64,000 nucleotides of DNA from Bacteroidia bacterium (GTDB lineage: Bacteria > Bacteroidota > Bacteroidia > CAIKAF01): NCBI GenBank assembly GCA_030427255.1, contig JAUHWY010000014.1:10463-74462 (forward strand), in the 5' to 3' direction. A program made the position numbers and the translations under genes. The notes below the pieces were generated by a model that had not been told where the DNA came from, ran no database searches, and saw only the letters and a program-made list of their open reading frames with translations. Below are positions 49,516 through 59,207 of the stretch, piece after piece. Within the stretch, counting starts at the first letter, position 1. Each line of letters begins with the position of its first letter.

Positions 49516-51417
49516 TTAGGGCTGAAGCCATAAATTGCCCGTCCATTGGCGACCGGATTGACTCACCAGAATCCGGTATAAACCGGAGGGTAAATTGCTA
49601 AAGTCAAGCTGAAGGCTACTTTCCGGACTCATACTCTCCAACTGGTCATAAAGCATGCGGCCTTGCATATCGATTAAACCCACTTGAACTTCGCCATTCC
49701 ATCCGGGCAATTCAAGGAAAACTTGCCCTGGGCTTGGGTTGGGATACAATTTGCCTTCTTGGGCAGCTGTCCCAAATCCTAAGTTGTTAACAGTAATGAA
49801 GGCCGTATCCTTGCAGCCTTCCGGAGTTTCGGCAATAAGGCCATAATCTCCGGGCGCAGGAACCGTATAGCTGGATTGTGTGCCGGCGGGCGCAGGAATG
49901 TTCACCCACTGAGTGCCGGATAAGAAAATCCATTGAAAGGCATAAAAACCCGAAATATTGCTGCTCAAAACACCGGGAGCACTTACAGCAACGGCAAAAT
50001 TGCCGGGTATTCCCGGGGAAACAGAAATCGAGGTGTCGTTACTAAAACTAAAACATCCGGTATTTAAGTCAAAAACACGCACTTTGTAGGAGCCACTTTG
50101 GCTTACCCAAGCAGAATCGGTTTGTGCGCCGGGTAAAATAAGGGTATCGTTAAAAAACCATTCGTACCCATAGCCGGGGCCCACATGAAGCAGAACGCTG
50201 TCGGGGCTGCATACTTGAGTCCCCGGACTTACTACCAGTTGCTGCTGTGGTGGAACAGGCAGCACCAGCACGGTGTCGGTTACCTGAACCTGAAACGCAT
50301 TTTTTGCATAGGTGTAATTGAGGGCCAAAGGAGTATTGCCTTGACTAAAAAATTGGGTCGTGTTTCCCAATTGATTCACCGCCGGCAGAGGAAGAGTCAC
50401 CGGAGGGTGTGGGTTCTCGGTGTTGTCAAAACAGTTGTCGTCCGGAGAACCCAAAAAGCCGGAGTCGTCGTCCCAAACTTCTACTCGATAGGGCGGATTG
50501 TTGGCAGTAATCGAAGGGCTTATGCTAAAGGGCAGGCTGGTTGTTGGACTATTGATGGTGCTAAACACCTCATTGTTGCTGCCGTCAAATACTTTAACGT
50601 ACAAATCCGGGGAGCCGGTTAGGTCCGTACAGTTGACCGCCGTAACGGTAATGTCATTGAGTTGAAAACCAAAGGTGTCAACGGTAGCACTGTATTGCAC
50701 CGGATATTGACCCGGATTAACATAAGTAACAGAAGGAGGGTTTTCTACATTGGACTGCAAACCATTGCCAAAGTCCCAGGAATACACATAGCCTTGGGTC
50801 TGGCCGGGTACCGCTTGATACCCATTGCTCGGAAAATTATTAATGAAGTTTACCGTGAGGGGAGCACAGCCTAATCCGGGAGCCATGGAAAATCCATTAT
50901 TCGAAGAGGTGTCGGGTAAAAGTACCAGCAAGTTGGCAAAAGAGGTCTGCCCTTGTTGTGCTCCAAGGATTCCTGCGTCTACGGTGGCAGTAACAAAAAT
51001 GTTGATATTATACACCCCGGGATTGCCAATGGGAACTCCACATATTTTTACACAACCAAGGCTATCGCCTTGAGCAGGATAATAGGTGCAATTGTTCCCG
51101 GTATTGTTGCAGCTCCAGTTTAACCCAAAAGGCAAGCCGCTAATGGCATCAATCTTCATTTCAAGAAGATCAACCATGCCAAGCAACCCGCCTGAAAAGC
51201 TGGTGGCGTCTATTTGCTCCGGCAAATAAAAGGTGACGTCCTGATTATAGCTGCTTCCTACCACAGCGCCGGGAAGCGAATCGGGACATAGACCGCCACC
51301 GGCAACAAAACAGCTGTTGTTTATGGCACAACCCGGACAGGCTTGTCCATATGCTTTGGTCACATGAATAAAAAATAACAAGGGGCTGAGGACTAAGGGT
51401 ATTGCAATACGTAGCAT
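49516..51417 (-). CDS. Secreted PKD/C2-like domain protein with T9SS C-terminal sorting domain
   Basis: Signal peptide from MLRIAIP, WDFGNG PKD motif, PDLYV..VWDDD, CTD (LYPNPS..DFSNLPSGLY). Confidence 0.8.
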   Translation of the reverse strand: MLRIAIPLVLSPLLFFIHVTKAYGQACPGCAINNSCFVAGGGLCPDSLPGAVVGSSYNQDVTFYLPEQIDATSFSGGLLGMVDLLEMKIDAISGLPFGLNWSCNNTGNNCTYYPAQGDSLGCVKICGVPIGNPGVYNINIFVTATVDAGILGAQQGQTSFANLLVLLPDTSSNNGFSMAPGLGCAPLTVNFINNFPSNGYQAVPGQTQGYVYSWDFGNGLQSNVENPPSVTYVNPGQYPVQYSATVDTFGFQLNDITVTAVNCTDLTGSPDLYVKVFDGSNNEVFSTINSPTTSLPFSISPSITANNPPYRVEVWDDDSGFLGSPDDNCFDNTENPHPPVTLPLPAVNQLGNTTQFFSQGNTPLALNYTYAKNAFQVQVTDTVLVLPVPPQQQLVVSPGTQVCSPDSVLLHVGPGYGYEWFFNDTLILPGAQTDSAWVSQSGSYKVRVFDLNTGCFSFSNDTSISVSPGIPGNFAVAVSAPGVLSSNISGFYAFQWIFLSGTQWVNIPAPAGTQSSYTVPAPGDYGLIAETPEGCKDTAFITVNNLGFGTAAQEGKLYPNPSPGQVFLELPGWNGEVQVGLIDMQGRMLYDQLESMSPESSLQLDFSNLPSGLYRILVSQSGRQWTGNLWLQP

Positions 51418-51861
51418 AATTTCAAGTAGTTCTATAAAGTTAAGGCACAAAAGCCATATTTCAAATATTGTGCCGTTTCCGGGTCTTCCCACACCCTTAA
51501 AAGCTTATGTTAAGGTGCAGATTAAGGTCAGGAATGACCAGTGTTTTTTTAAATAAACCGAGAGCATTTGGGAAATCAGAAACCAGAGGTACAACCTGCT
51601 TTCCCAAAAAATGCTGAAAATTTCTGTGTTTTTTGTTGCTGCAAATATAAACCCTTTAATGTTTTCTCATTTGGCACCCGTTTTCAGGGCAAACAGTCTC
51701 AATGCATAGCTTTTTGGGCGATGAGAGCCGGACTAGTTTTTTGTTCGGATCGACAATGGCACCAAAACGCCTTTTTCTTATTCGTTTTAAGATGCTGCCT
51801 TTCAGTTAGTTTAAATTTGTATTTTTGGCTGTTGCAAATCGAGTTTGCGACTAAAAGCTTT

Positions 51862-53337
51862 ATGGAGGGGTCTGAATTAAGAGCTTTATGGGATGATGTT
51901 TGGGCCGGTCCCATCATGATTTGTCTCCATGAAATGGATGGGACATACATGCAGGTAAACGAAGCGGCAAAAGAAAATACCGGCTTTACTCCCAAGGAGT
52001 TGGTGGGCAAATCCCCCTACGATTTCTTTCATCCGGAGGACCGCAACCATATCTTGACCGAAAGCCATAAAAAAGCCCAAGAAGGAAATGCCCAAAGCAA
52101 GCCCATTAGATACAGGTTTAGGCACAAATCGGGAGGCTATATTTTTTTAGAAACCTTCACCTTTATTTTAAATAAGGAAGGACAAAGTGGACCCGCACTA
52201 ATGACTTTTTCAAGAGCGCAGCATGCCGTGAAAGAGCTGCAAGCCCACCTCTCCCGACAAAACAACCTTTGGACTCAGGTCGGTGCTTTAATTAGTGTCG
52301 GAGGTTGGGAATACGATGTGCCAAGCCAAAGTATTTGGTGGACAAGCGGCACTTTTGATATCTATGATTTACGGGAAGGCAAAGCGCCACAAAGTCTGGA
52401 AGAGAGCTTTGCTTACTTTGAGGCGCCCGGAAAGGCCCGTTTGCAAAAGGACTTTGACCTATGTCTTTTAAAAGGAGAGCCATTTGACCTGACCCTCCCT
52501 TTTCTTTCTGCAACAAACAAGAAAAAATGGGTAAGGTGTATTGGTATGGCCATGCCCGGTGAACCGCCAACCGAAAAGGTATTTGGTGTTATTCAGGACA
52601 TAAGCATACAGATTGAAAAACAGCATAGACAAACACAAATGCTTGATTTCCTTCGTCAACAAAACGAACGACTAGAGCAGTTTAATTTTATTGTTTCCCA
52701 CAATCTGCGGGCTCCTGTGGCTAACTTAATGAGCTTGGCACACCTAATGGATGACACCTCCTTAAGCCAAGAACAGACCCAACTGCTCCATTTTATGAAA
52801 GACTCCCTGGAAAACCTAGGCAATACCTTGAACGAGCTTTCGGATGCGGTTATGGGCCTTCAAGAACGAAATTTGCCGCGCACCTTTGTCCATCTCAAAG
52901 AGCTAGTAAACAAGGTAATTAAGGCCCACCAAAGTCAAATACAGGTGAAAAAGGTGCAAATCAATACGCACTTTGATTACCCAAAGCTGTTTTATATAGC
53001 CCAATACTTAGAAAGCATCCTACATAACTTAGTGTCCAATGCCTTAAAGTTTGTCTCTAATGACAGACCACCGGTTTGGGAAATAGCTTTTGAAAAACAT
53101 AAACAGTATCATTGTTTAAGGTTTAGAGACAATGGCCTAGGCTTAGATTTTAAGAAGTTTGGCGACAATGTTTTTGGGCTGCATAAAACCTTTCACCGGG
53201 ATATTCCCGGCAAAGGACTGGGTCTTTTTATGACTAGAGCTCAGGTGGAAGCCTTGGGCGGACAAATAAAACTTAGCAGCGAACCGGACAAAGGCGCGGA
53301 GTTTTTTATTATATTCGATAAATATCACTTTAACTAA
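51862..53337 (+). CDS. PAS/PAC sensor histidine kinase
   Basis: PAS (YDFFHPEDR), VSHNLRAP, HNLVSNALKF, DNGLG, GLGL. The likely start is MEGSEL. Confidence 0.9.
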   Translation: MEGSELRALWDDVWAGPIMICLHEMDGTYMQVNEAAKENTGFTPKELVGKSPYDFFHPEDRNHILTESHKKAQEGNAQSKPIRYRFRHKSGGYIFLETFTFILNKEGQSGPALMTFSRAQHAVKELQAHLSRQNNLWTQVGALISVGGWEYDVPSQSIWWTSGTFDIYDLREGKAPQSLEESFAYFEAPGKARLQKDFDLCLLKGEPFDLTLPFLSATNKKKWVRCIGMAMPGEPPTEKVFGVIQDISIQIEKQHRQTQMLDFLRQQNERLEQFNFIVSHNLRAPVANLMSLAHLMDDTSLSQEQTQLLHFMKDSLENLGNTLNELSDAVMGLQERNLPRTFVHLKELVNKVIKAHQSQIQVKKVQINTHFDYPKLFYIAQYLESILHNLVSNALKFVSNDRPPVWEIAFEKHKQYHCLRFRDNGLGLDFKKFGDNVFGLHKTFHRDIPGKGLGLFMTRAQVEALGGQIKLSSEPDKGAEFFIIFDKYHFN

Positions 53338-53350
53338 TTGGGGAAACATA

Positions 53351-53749
53351 GTGCATATAGTGATTATTGACGACGATGAGGTTTTTCAGTTTACCACCAA
53401 ACGGTTGCTCGAAAAATCAGGCGTGAAAGAAGATTTCATGAAATCTTTCTTTTCCGCAGAAGATGCTTTGGGGTATTGCCAAGAACTGCCAATTAAAAAT
53501 TCGGAAAAGACTGTTATTCTATTGGATATCAACTTGCCCGGCATGGACGGTTGGGCCTTCCTCGAAGAATGGCGTAAGCTGCCAAAAGCCCATGACTCAA
53601 ATGTGTTTCTTTTCATGATCTCCAGCTCTATCAATAAAGAGGACCGTGATAGAGCCTTAGCTATTGAGGTTATTAGGGACTACTACACAAAACCCTTAAC
53701 TTTAGATGCAATTAAGCAATTGCTCACTAAAGTAACCGATAACGCCTAA
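53351..53749 (+). CDS. Single-domain response regulator (CheY-like)
   Basis: IDDD, LLDINLPGMDG, ISSS, TKPL; GTG start. Confidence 0.9.
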   Translation: MHIVIIDDDEVFQFTTKRLLEKSGVKEDFMKSFFSAEDALGYCQELPIKNSEKTVILLDINLPGMDGWAFLEEWRKLPKAHDSNVFLFMISSSINKEDRDRALAIEVIRDYYTKPLTLDAIKQLLTKVTDNA

Positions 53750-53761
53750 GGATTTAGCAAA

Positions 53762-54109
53762 ATGCCTTATAAAGAAAAGCCGGACAACGATCTCAAACTC
53801 TATTATACCATTGGCGAAGTTGCCGAACTATTTCAAGTCAACACCTCACTGGTCAGGTTTTGGGAAAAGGAATTCGACCAAATTCGGCCTAAAAAAAACC
53901 GAAAAGGAAACCGCCTTTTTACACGAGAAGATATCCGCCATTTTCGAATGATTTACCAGCTGGTTAAAGAACAAGGATACACCCTCGACGGGGCCAGAAA
54001 AAAACTGCGGGCCGCCAATCAGCAGGCACAAGACCCCCTTTCTGAAACCATTCTCAGGCTCGAACATGTGAAATCTTTGCTCGACCAAATGGAAGAACAG
54101 CTTCCTTGA
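53762..54109 (+). CDS. MerR-family transcriptional regulator
   Basis: YTIGEVA, LVRFWEKEF, GNRLF. Confidence 0.9.
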   Translation: MPYKEKPDNDLKLYYTIGEVAELFQVNTSLVRFWEKEFDQIRPKKNRKGNRLFTREDIRHFRMIYQLVKEQGYTLDGARKKLRAANQQAQDPLSETILRLEHVKSLLDQMEEQLP

Positions 54110-54167
54110 TCCACTTTTTTTGCCTTTTTTCGTGCGTTTCATACCGAATCGTTTATTCTTTCGTTCC

Positions 54168-55670
54168 ATGTCTATGTGGTCTCTCACCAAATTACCTTCG
54201 CATTTAATAATGGTGGCTCTTTTGAGCCTCTTTTCAAAAAACCTGTTGGCAGGACCGGGCGACAGCCTCAAAATGCCCGCTCCTGACGACCCCGTCTTGG
54301 CTATGATGGACAGCCTAGATGTGCTCCACTTCTTTAAAAACCACAACTTTACCGCCGACCGAAGCAAACTCAATGTCTACGGCTATCCCAAAGACTCTGT
54401 CCCCAAGTTCCCCGACTATGTGTACCGGAACCGCATGCAGGAACTGGACCGAAAAACCCCTTTTGAACTGGACTTTAACCCGGACGTTAGGGCCTACATT
54501 GAATTGTACGCCGTAAGACGCAGAGGCACCGCAAGCCGTATGCTCGGTCTGGCCGAATTGTACTTCCCCCTCTTCGAAGAAAAGTTGGCCCTCAACAAAA
54601 TGCCCCTCGAACTCAAATACCTGGCCATTGTGGAGTCGGCACTGAACCCTACCGCTAAATCCCGCGCAGGAGCCATGGGCTTATGGCAGTTTATGTATGG
54701 CACCGGAAAGCACATGGGCCTGGAAATCAATTCCTATATCGACGAACGTTGCGACCCCGAAAAGTCTACGCTTGCCGCTTGCAAATACCTGAATTACCTG
54801 TACAAGTACTACGGCAACAACTGGCAACTGGCGCTTGCTGCCTACAATGCCGGTCCGGGCAACGTCAACAAGGCCATCCGCCGGTCCGGTGGCAAAAAAA
54901 ACTATTGGGAACTCCGTCCCTATTTGCCCCGCGAAACCGCCGGATACGTCCCCGCCTTTATTGCGGCTACCTATATTATGAACTACCACAAAGAGCATAA
55001 TATTTACCCCACAAAGCCCAAGTATTTCCGCTATGAAATTGATAGCGTTTATGTGCGCAGGCAAGTAAGCTTTGCACAAATAAACAAGGTGCTTCCCATT
55101 CCAGTTGAGGAACTAAGGGTGCTGAATCCACAATACATTCAAGACATTATTCCCGCTTCCCATACTGGAATGCCCCTCTATTTGCCCAAGAACTTAATTG
55201 GCGACTTCATTACCAACGAAGCCTTGCTTTATCGATACCTTACAGAGGCAGAAAGAAAGATTAGCCCCGATTCCGCGCTGCTCGCTCAAGGCTACGGAGC
55301 CTTGTATCACGAAGTGGCACGAGGCGAATACTTAGACCTTATTGCATCTCTGTATGCGCTGCCTTCCGACTCCTTAAAGGCTTGGAACCAATTGGAAGAC
55401 CCTGCCGTACGGCTCGGACAACAATTGCTTGTCTATTTGCCCACCTCCGACAAGAGGCTCGAAATCCAAGAGTCCATGGAACAAGAGGCCCCACCAAGCA
55501 ATAATAGACCAGCAAGTTCAGGAAAAGCCGTGTATCATACCGTTCGCTCCGGCGAAACCCTCTGGGCCATCTCTAAAAAATACGGCGTGTCCATGTCCCA
55601 TATTAAATCCCTGAATAAACTTCGATCCGATGCCCTGAATGTGGGCCAACGACTAAAAATCAAGGAATAA
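54168..55670 (+). CDS. mltD: Lytic murein transglycosylase with LysM domains (MltD)
   Basis: IVESA, GLWQFM, AAYNAGPG, ETAGYV; two LysM repeats. Start uncertain (54120-54210). Confidence 0.88.
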   Translation: MSMWSLTKLPSHLIMVALLSLFSKNLLAGPGDSLKMPAPDDPVLAMMDSLDVLHFFKNHNFTADRSKLNVYGYPKDSVPKFPDYVYRNRMQELDRKTPFELDFNPDVRAYIELYAVRRRGTASRMLGLAELYFPLFEEKLALNKMPLELKYLAIVESALNPTAKSRAGAMGLWQFMYGTGKHMGLEINSYIDERCDPEKSTLAACKYLNYLYKYYGNNWQLALAAYNAGPGNVNKAIRRSGGKKNYWELRPYLPRETAGYVPAFIAATYIMNYHKEHNIYPTKPKYFRYEIDSVYVRRQVSFAQINKVLPIPVEELRVLNPQYIQDIIPASHTGMPLYLPKNLIGDFITNEALLYRYLTEAERKISPDSALLAQGYGALYHEVARGEYLDLIASLYALPSDSLKAWNQLEDPAVRLGQQLLVYLPTSDKRLEIQESMEQEAPPSNNRPASSGKAVYHTVRSGETLWAISKKYGVSMSHIKSLNKLRSDALNVGQRLKIKE

Positions 55671-56680
55671 TGCGCCTGTTTTTTGCTCTGCTGTTCACCC
55701 TCGGTCTTAGCCTGACCTCCTGTTTCTCCGGACACGAGAACATGCTGCCCAATGCCGTTGGCGCCGAAGGAGAATTGCTTTTGGTTATCGACGACGATAT
55801 GTGGAGAGAACATCCCATGGGCGACACCTTGCGCGATATCCTTCAACAACCTTTCCCCGGGCTTCCTCAGGTAGAACCCTTGTTTCGATTGAGTCGGGTG
55901 CAAGAAGTGGATTTTAGCGGCAGCATACGCCGCCATCAATCCGTATTTATGGCGCTCGTGGGACCGGAGCACCGCTCTCCCAAACCTACCATTCAATATG
56001 GCCATGACCCCTTTGCCCAAGGGCAATTTGTGGTCCGCCTTTCTGCCAACCACCCCAACGAATGGTTGGCCGCCTTCAACAAAATGAAAGGGCCCATCAT
56101 CGACTCCTTCCGAACCATTGACCTGCATCGCAAAATGGCCCGGCTCAAAGCTGCCCCGGCCCAAACAGCCATCGACTCCATAAAGGCCTATCAAGGGCTC
56201 CAAATCGATTTGCCGCAGGGATACCAGGCAATGGTTCTGGGCAAGAGCAAATCGGTGGTACATTACGAAGCCGAACGCGTGGAGAAAGGCAAACAGCTAT
56301 TTTTGAGCAAATCGGTGCTCTTGGCCAAAAGGCCCTATCCCGGCCCCCAAGTGTTTGCATACGATTCCCTGCTCCAATTCATCGATGGCATTACCTCCCA
56401 AACCTTTTTTGGCGAAAACGAAGGCTCCTACCTCGTCACCGAAATTCGGGAAGCTCCGGAATTGAAATACCTCGATTGGCATGGAAATTATGCCATGGAA
56501 GTACGCGGACTTTGGCGCATGAGCAACGAGTTCAAGGGCGGACCATTCCTTGCCTATGCCGTGGTCGATGAAACTACCCAATCGCTCTACCTCTTCCATG
56601 GACATGCCTATGGCCCGGGCTTGGACAAACGCGTGCACATGCTTGAGCTGGAAGCCATCCTCCGCAGCATTCGTTTCTAA
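55670..56680 (+). CDS. Putative lipoprotein, DUF4837-like
   Basis: Lipobox LTSC, PGLPQVEPLF, RGLWRM..GGPF, KRVHMLELEAI. Confidence 0.7.
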   Translation: MRLFFALLFTLGLSLTSCFSGHENMLPNAVGAEGELLLVIDDDMWREHPMGDTLRDILQQPFPGLPQVEPLFRLSRVQEVDFSGSIRRHQSVFMALVGPEHRSPKPTIQYGHDPFAQGQFVVRLSANHPNEWLAAFNKMKGPIIDSFRTIDLHRKMARLKAAPAQTAIDSIKAYQGLQIDLPQGYQAMVLGKSKSVVHYEAERVEKGKQLFLSKSVLLAKRPYPGPQVFAYDSLLQFIDGITSQTFFGENEGSYLVTEIREAPELKYLDWHGNYAMEVRGLWRMSNEFKGGPFLAYAVVDETTQSLYLFHGHAYGPGLDKRVHMLELEAILRSIRF

Positions 56681-56725
56681 GCTCTATTTTCTGTTGTTTT
56701 GTAGCTTGCACAAAATTTTGTGACT

Positions 56726-57802
56726 ATGCCTAATGCCACGGATTTTTCCGCCGATTTAAACATAAGCTTGCTTGCCGATACCTGCCGCGTGCCCGGACCT
56801 CCCGGACACGAACAAAGGGTCCGAAAATTTATTTTGGAACAAGTGGGCCAATACGCCGACAGCTACTACGAAGACCATTTCGGAAATCTGGTCTTAGTAA
56901 AAAAGGGAGCTTCCGAAACGCCCTTTATGGTGGCCGCACACATGGACGAAATTGGCTTTATGGTGACCCATGTAGACGAAAACGGCTTTTTAAAACTTAC
57001 CCCATTAGGCGGCTTTGACCCCAAAACCCTGACCTCACAAAGAGTGATTGTGCACGGTAAGCAAGACCTCCCCGGCGTCTTGGGCTCAAAACCCATACAT
57101 CTCATGGATCCTGAGGAGCGCAACAAAGCCCCCAAACTCCAAGACTTTTTTGTGGATCTAGGGATGCCTGCCGAGGAAGTAAACCAATACATTCAGGCCG
57201 GCGATGTGGTGACCCGCGATCGAGAACTATTGGCCATGGGGCACTGCTTCAACGGCAAATCTTTGGACAATCGGGTGTCCGTATACATTCTTATGGAGGC
57301 CCTTCGCCTGTTGAAGGACCAAGCGTTGCCCTACACGCTCTATGCAGTGTTTTCGGCACAAGAAGAAGTAGGTCTTCGCGGAGTGCAGGCAGCGACGCTT
57401 AAAATCCAACCTAAAATAGCGCTCGCCATCGACACCACCATTGCCTTTGACGTGGCCGGAGCCCGCAAAGAAGAATACATCACAAGCTTGGGCAAAGGTG
57501 CCGCCATAAAACTCATGGACTCCTCGGCCATTGCCCACCCCAAGGTGGTGGCCTTTTTGAAGGAAACGGCCCAAAGCCACGACATTCCCTGGCAAACCGA
57601 AATTTTAACCGGAGGAGGGACCGATACGGCAGGCATGCAAAAATTCACCGCAGGCGGAGCCTTGGCCGGTGCCATTTCCATTCCTACCCGACACATCCAC
57701 CAAACCATTGAAACCGTGCATAAAGAAGATATAAAAGCCGCGCTTCGCTTGTTGTGCCTGGCTTTGGTGCATGCCAATCAAATCCAAACGCCTCAACCAT
57801 GA
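56726..57802 (+). CDS. M42 family metallo-aminopeptidase
   Basis: AAHMDEIG, KSLDNR, QEEVGLRG, AIDTT, GGGTD, RHIH. Confidence 0.92.
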   Translation: MPNATDFSADLNISLLADTCRVPGPPGHEQRVRKFILEQVGQYADSYYEDHFGNLVLVKKGASETPFMVAAHMDEIGFMVTHVDENGFLKLTPLGGFDPKTLTSQRVIVHGKQDLPGVLGSKPIHLMDPEERNKAPKLQDFFVDLGMPAEEVNQYIQAGDVVTRDRELLAMGHCFNGKSLDNRVSVYILMEALRLLKDQALPYTLYAVFSAQEEVGLRGVQAATLKIQPKIALAIDTTIAFDVAGARKEEYITSLGKGAAIKLMDSSAIAHPKVVAFLKETAQSHDIPWQTEILTGGGTDTAGMQKFTAGGALAGAISIPTRHIHQTIETVHKEDIKAALRLLCLALVHANQIQTPQP

Positions 57803-58767
57803 GTGGAGCGCGACTGCTTGTCACCGGAGCTGCCGGATTCATAGCCGGCCGACTAGCCGAACAACTCATTCGGGAGGGAAATCAGGTGATTGGAGTCGAT
57901 GACTTTAGCCGCAACCAAGCGCCCCGCCGTTGGATGGCCCTGCCTTGGCGCGAAACCGTAGACCGCGAAACCTTTTTGGAAGGCATGGAATCCATGCTTT
58001 CCGGGGTGGATGCCGTGTTTCACCTAGGTGCCCGCACCGACACCATGGCTACGGACAAGGAGTTGATCCGACATTTAAACCTAGAGTATAGCCAACGCCT
58101 ATGGGCGGCCTGCACCAAGCTGGGCATTCCCCTGCTGTATGCCTCTTCCGCGGCGGTCTACGGCGACGGCAGTTTGGGGTATTCCGACGATCCGGAGCTC
58201 ATTTCTCAACTGCGCCCCCTGAACCTCTATGGCCAAAGCAAGCTCGATTTTGATGTTTGGGTGCAGGAGCAAAGCCAAGAGCCGCCCTATTATGCCGGAT
58301 TTCGCTTTTTCAACGTCTATGGACCCGGCGAAGGGCACAAGGGCCGCATGGCCTCGGTCATGTGGCATGGCTACAAGCAAATCCTGCAAACCGGAGAAAT
58401 TCAGCTCTTTGCATCCGACAAAGAAGGCATAGCCCACGGCGAACAAAAGCGTGATTTCATTTATGTAGACGATGTAGTGGATTGCCTCATCCGGCAGTGG
58501 AAAAGCCCCGGCGCCTCCGGCATATACAACTTGGGCACCGGCCGCGCCCGCAGCTTCAACGACTTAGCCCGCAGCCTATTCGCCGCCATGCGCGCCAAAG
58601 AGCACCTCCTGTACATCCCCATGCCGGCCAAACTCCAGGGAAAATACCAATATTTCACCCAAGCCGACACCCAAAACCTCCGCAGCAAAGCAGGATATGC
58701 AGCGCCCTTCACCCCCCTCGAAATCGGCGTAGCCCGCTACGTGGACTGGTTAAAAACCGGTGGTTAA
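57799..58767 (+). CDS. hldD: ADP-L-glycero-D-manno-heptose 6-epimerase (extended SDR)
   Basis: TGAAGFI, FHLGARTDT, YASSAAVYG, YGQSK, FFNVYGPGEGHKGRMAS, RDFIYVDD, YQYFTQAD. Confidence 0.9.
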   Translation: MSGARLLVTGAAGFIAGRLAEQLIREGNQVIGVDDFSRNQAPRRWMALPWRETVDRETFLEGMESMLSGVDAVFHLGARTDTMATDKELIRHLNLEYSQRLWAACTKLGIPLLYASSAAVYGDGSLGYSDDPELISQLRPLNLYGQSKLDFDVWVQEQSQEPPYYAGFRFFNVYGPGEGHKGRMASVMWHGYKQILQTGEIQLFASDKEGIAHGEQKRDFIYVDDVVDCLIRQWKSPGASGIYNLGTGRARSFNDLARSLFAAMRAKEHLLYIPMPAKLQGKYQYFTQADTQNLRSKAGYAAPFTPLEIGVARYVDWLKTGG

Positions 58768-58804
58768 AACTTAGACCAGCGATATGTATATCCAAAGTTG
58801 TTTT

Positions 58805-58953
58805 TTTGGGCGCCTTATCCGTCTCCGGCCATTAGCTGCCTACTAGGGTGGTTACGCAGCCTTGCATGGCCAAGGAGCTTCCTATGGTCGCTCTTGCCCA
58901 TGCGGCTGCTGAGCCACCTAGTACGTCAGGCTAATTGGCCTCCGCCGGGGCGC
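58805..58953 (+). repeat. ~150-bp hairpin repeat, copy B2
   Basis: Inverted near-copy of 38771-38918; stem GGCCATTAGC/GCTAATTGGCC; termini GGGCGCC and CGGGGCGC. Confidence 0.9.
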
Positions 58954-58981
58954 TTAAGCTCCGTGGGGGGGATTTTCCCAT

Positions 58982-59005
58982 AGCCCACGGTTTTAACCGT
59001 GGGCT
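58982..59005. repeat. REP-like perfect palindrome
   Basis: AGCCCACGGTT-TT-AACCGTGGGCT: 11-bp perfect stem with a 2-nt loop. Confidence 0.8.
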
Positions 59006-59014
59006 GTGGGTTAA

Positions 59015-59207
59015 GCAACAATCAACAGGGAAGCAACGCTTCATGTGCTAAGGGACAGTTATGCGAGGCATTTGCCTGAGCCGGGTGCCGATTTGCGGTA
59101 CATTCAAGAGTTGTTGGGGGCACAAGAGCTCACGCACGACAGAGATTTACACCCATGTCATTAGGCTCGCTTTGGAGCAAATTCGTAGTCCATTTGATGA
59201 ACTTTAG
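59015..59207 (+). pseudogene. C-terminal remnant of a tyrosine recombinase (XerD/integron-integrase superfamily)
   Basis: My translation: ATINREATLHVLRDSYARHLPEPGADLRYIQELLG, +1 shift in G5 (59116-59120), HKSSRTTEIYTHVIRLALEQIRSPFDEL*. It retains HxxR, LGH and the catalytic Tyr. An in-frame TAA lies at 59012 and nothing upstream is recognisable. Confidence 0.9.

Noticed and set aside
41314-58767. Two-component pairs, PKD/T9SS proteins, kynA, hldD as a novel system
   Set aside because: An ordinary mix of Bacteroidota core genes with no shared theme or unusual architecture visible.
235-58835. Numerous 60-175 aa ORFs in the track overlapping longer genes on the opposite strand or in other frames
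   Set aside because: Shadow ORFs with no family motifs, fully explained by the overlapping real genes.
59116-59120. G5 run frameshift as a phase-variation or programmed-frameshift switch
   Set aside because: The run is too short and the gene is 5'-truncated anyway; decay or a sequencing error is more likely.
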